DNA of 64,000 nucleotides from Cirrosporium novae-zelandiae (taxonomy: Eukaryota), in contig JAPETS010000014.1 of NCBI GenBank assembly GCA_026023565.1, positions 310,001-374,000 of the forward strand. Reading direction: 5' to 3'. The number at the start of each line of letters is the position of its first letter. Position 1 is the stretch's first letter. The notes beneath the pieces are model-generated. The model made no database searches. It was not told where the DNA came from and was given only the letters and a program-made list of their open reading frames with translations. The position numbers and the translations under genes were made by a program. Shown here piece after piece: positions 62,610-64,000 of this stretch.

Positions 62610-64000
62610 GGGATGGAAAAGACTGTACATGTGCAAGCAAATATATCAAAAGAAGCAAAGAGAGCAGAAATGTCAAAATGTTCAAAAGGTGAAAAAAAGG
62701 GCGAAAAATGTTAAAATGTCAATGGCTTTTAGGATGTTATGATGATATATATAATCCAAATGTCGTTTATACATATGTATATATGTGTATATAATAATAC
62801 AGTGCAGTACAGTAAATTATTCGTATAGAATAATGTATGGGTATATATAACTAGGGTGCCGGTACCACTTACCTACCTTCTTTCCATGCTAGAATCAACC
62901 AATCACATAGCTAAACTTACATACCTGCCTACGGACGGAATCCACCCACCTTCCTTCTCGGATTCTAGATAGAAAATAAAAAATGGGGAATAGAAAAATG
63001 AAAAAATAACCCAAACGAATCAATAAAACAAGGCTCTCTCTCCCCTTCCCCCTTCCCTTCTCCTCTCCCTCTCTCTCTCACTCTTACTCGCATTCAAATT
63101 CATATTTATATACCCAAAATTTGATTTAATCTAACCTAAATATTTTAAAAAGTAGACCTTAAAGCAAGAAGTATGGAGGGGAGGGGGGGGAGAGAGAGAG
63201 GGGGAGGGAGGAATAGGGAGAAAATGCACGTCCTCCCCCCCCCCCCCTCCCTAAATCCCAAATAAATAGGAAATAAGTAAATAAATAAAGGTCAATCTAT
63301 CTACATACCTACCTACCTACCTACATACTTACCCACAGACAGAGAGGATTCACCTACCTTCCTTCTCGCGCCCCTAAATGAGAAATAAAAAAATAGAAAG
63401 CAAAAAATAAAAAAATAAAAAAATAAAAATAACGATCGAATCAATAAACCTAAGACTCCCCTCCCCTTTCCCTCCTCTATCCCTCCCTCCCTCCCTTCCC
63501 TATTACAACCCAGCCAGGTTATATATTATGTGTTACACATTATACATTATATATCATAATCATAATCATAATCCTAATCCTAACACTGCATACATATCCA
63601 ATATCCCTTTGTCCTTTATCCTTTTAGCTTAGTTAGATAAAGAAAGGAAAAGGAAAAGAAAAAGGAAAGGGGAATGAATATTCAATAAGTTTGATTTGGG
63701 TTTTTTTTTTTTTTTGTTTTTTTTTGGCCCCTCCGGGGGGGGGGGGGAAGGGAAAGGGAAAGGGGATAGGTAGGAATATGAACTTAAAGGAATACCTTGG
63801 AAATAGGCTTTAAAGCAGGAAGCATGAAAGAAGTTTCCCTCTTCCTCTTTCCCTTCCTCTTTACCCTCCCGACCCCAAGGTTATTTTTATTTTTTTCCGA
63901 GTTTCGGGGGAAGGTGATGCGTTGTTTTGATTTTTTGATTCTTGAGTTTTCTGGGATATGGGAAATTTTTGGTGGGAGATGCGGAGGGAGGATGGAAGGG

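Overview
Eukaryotic DNA from a filamentous ascomycete (Pezizomycotina-type short GT..CTRAY..AG introns and microsatellite-rich intergenic spacers). Conserved genes: a triple Cys/His zinc-finger-like repeat protein, a Ca2+-binding mitochondrial carrier (SAL1-like) head-to-head with cyclin C (ssn8), a small conserved hypothetical protein, a GH35 beta-galactosidase (lacA-like), a DENN/coiled-coil protein, BCD1, a GNAT acetyltransferase, a PTH11-like rhodopsin-domain protein and an APC amino-acid permease. Between them lie accessory elements that look related to fungal innate immunity or conflict: (i) an intact HET-s-type HeLo gene ending in a PP/RHIM-like amyloid motif, with a shortened N-terminal membrane helix; (ii) a ~4.9 kb, heavily decayed alpha/beta-hydrolase-NACHT-WD40 (NLR) pseudogene that the ORF track does not show; (iii) a 3-exon protein with an R-S-E ADP-ribosyltransferase-like signature. 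Other oddities: a 264-nt in-frame, stop-free intron in SAL1; an isolated phosphoacetylglucosamine-mutase fragment with its own splice acceptor; a ~140-nt foldback hairpin; an orphan tail-anchored repeat protein; and several local tandem duplications. All assignments come from manual translation and motif recognition. No searches were run.
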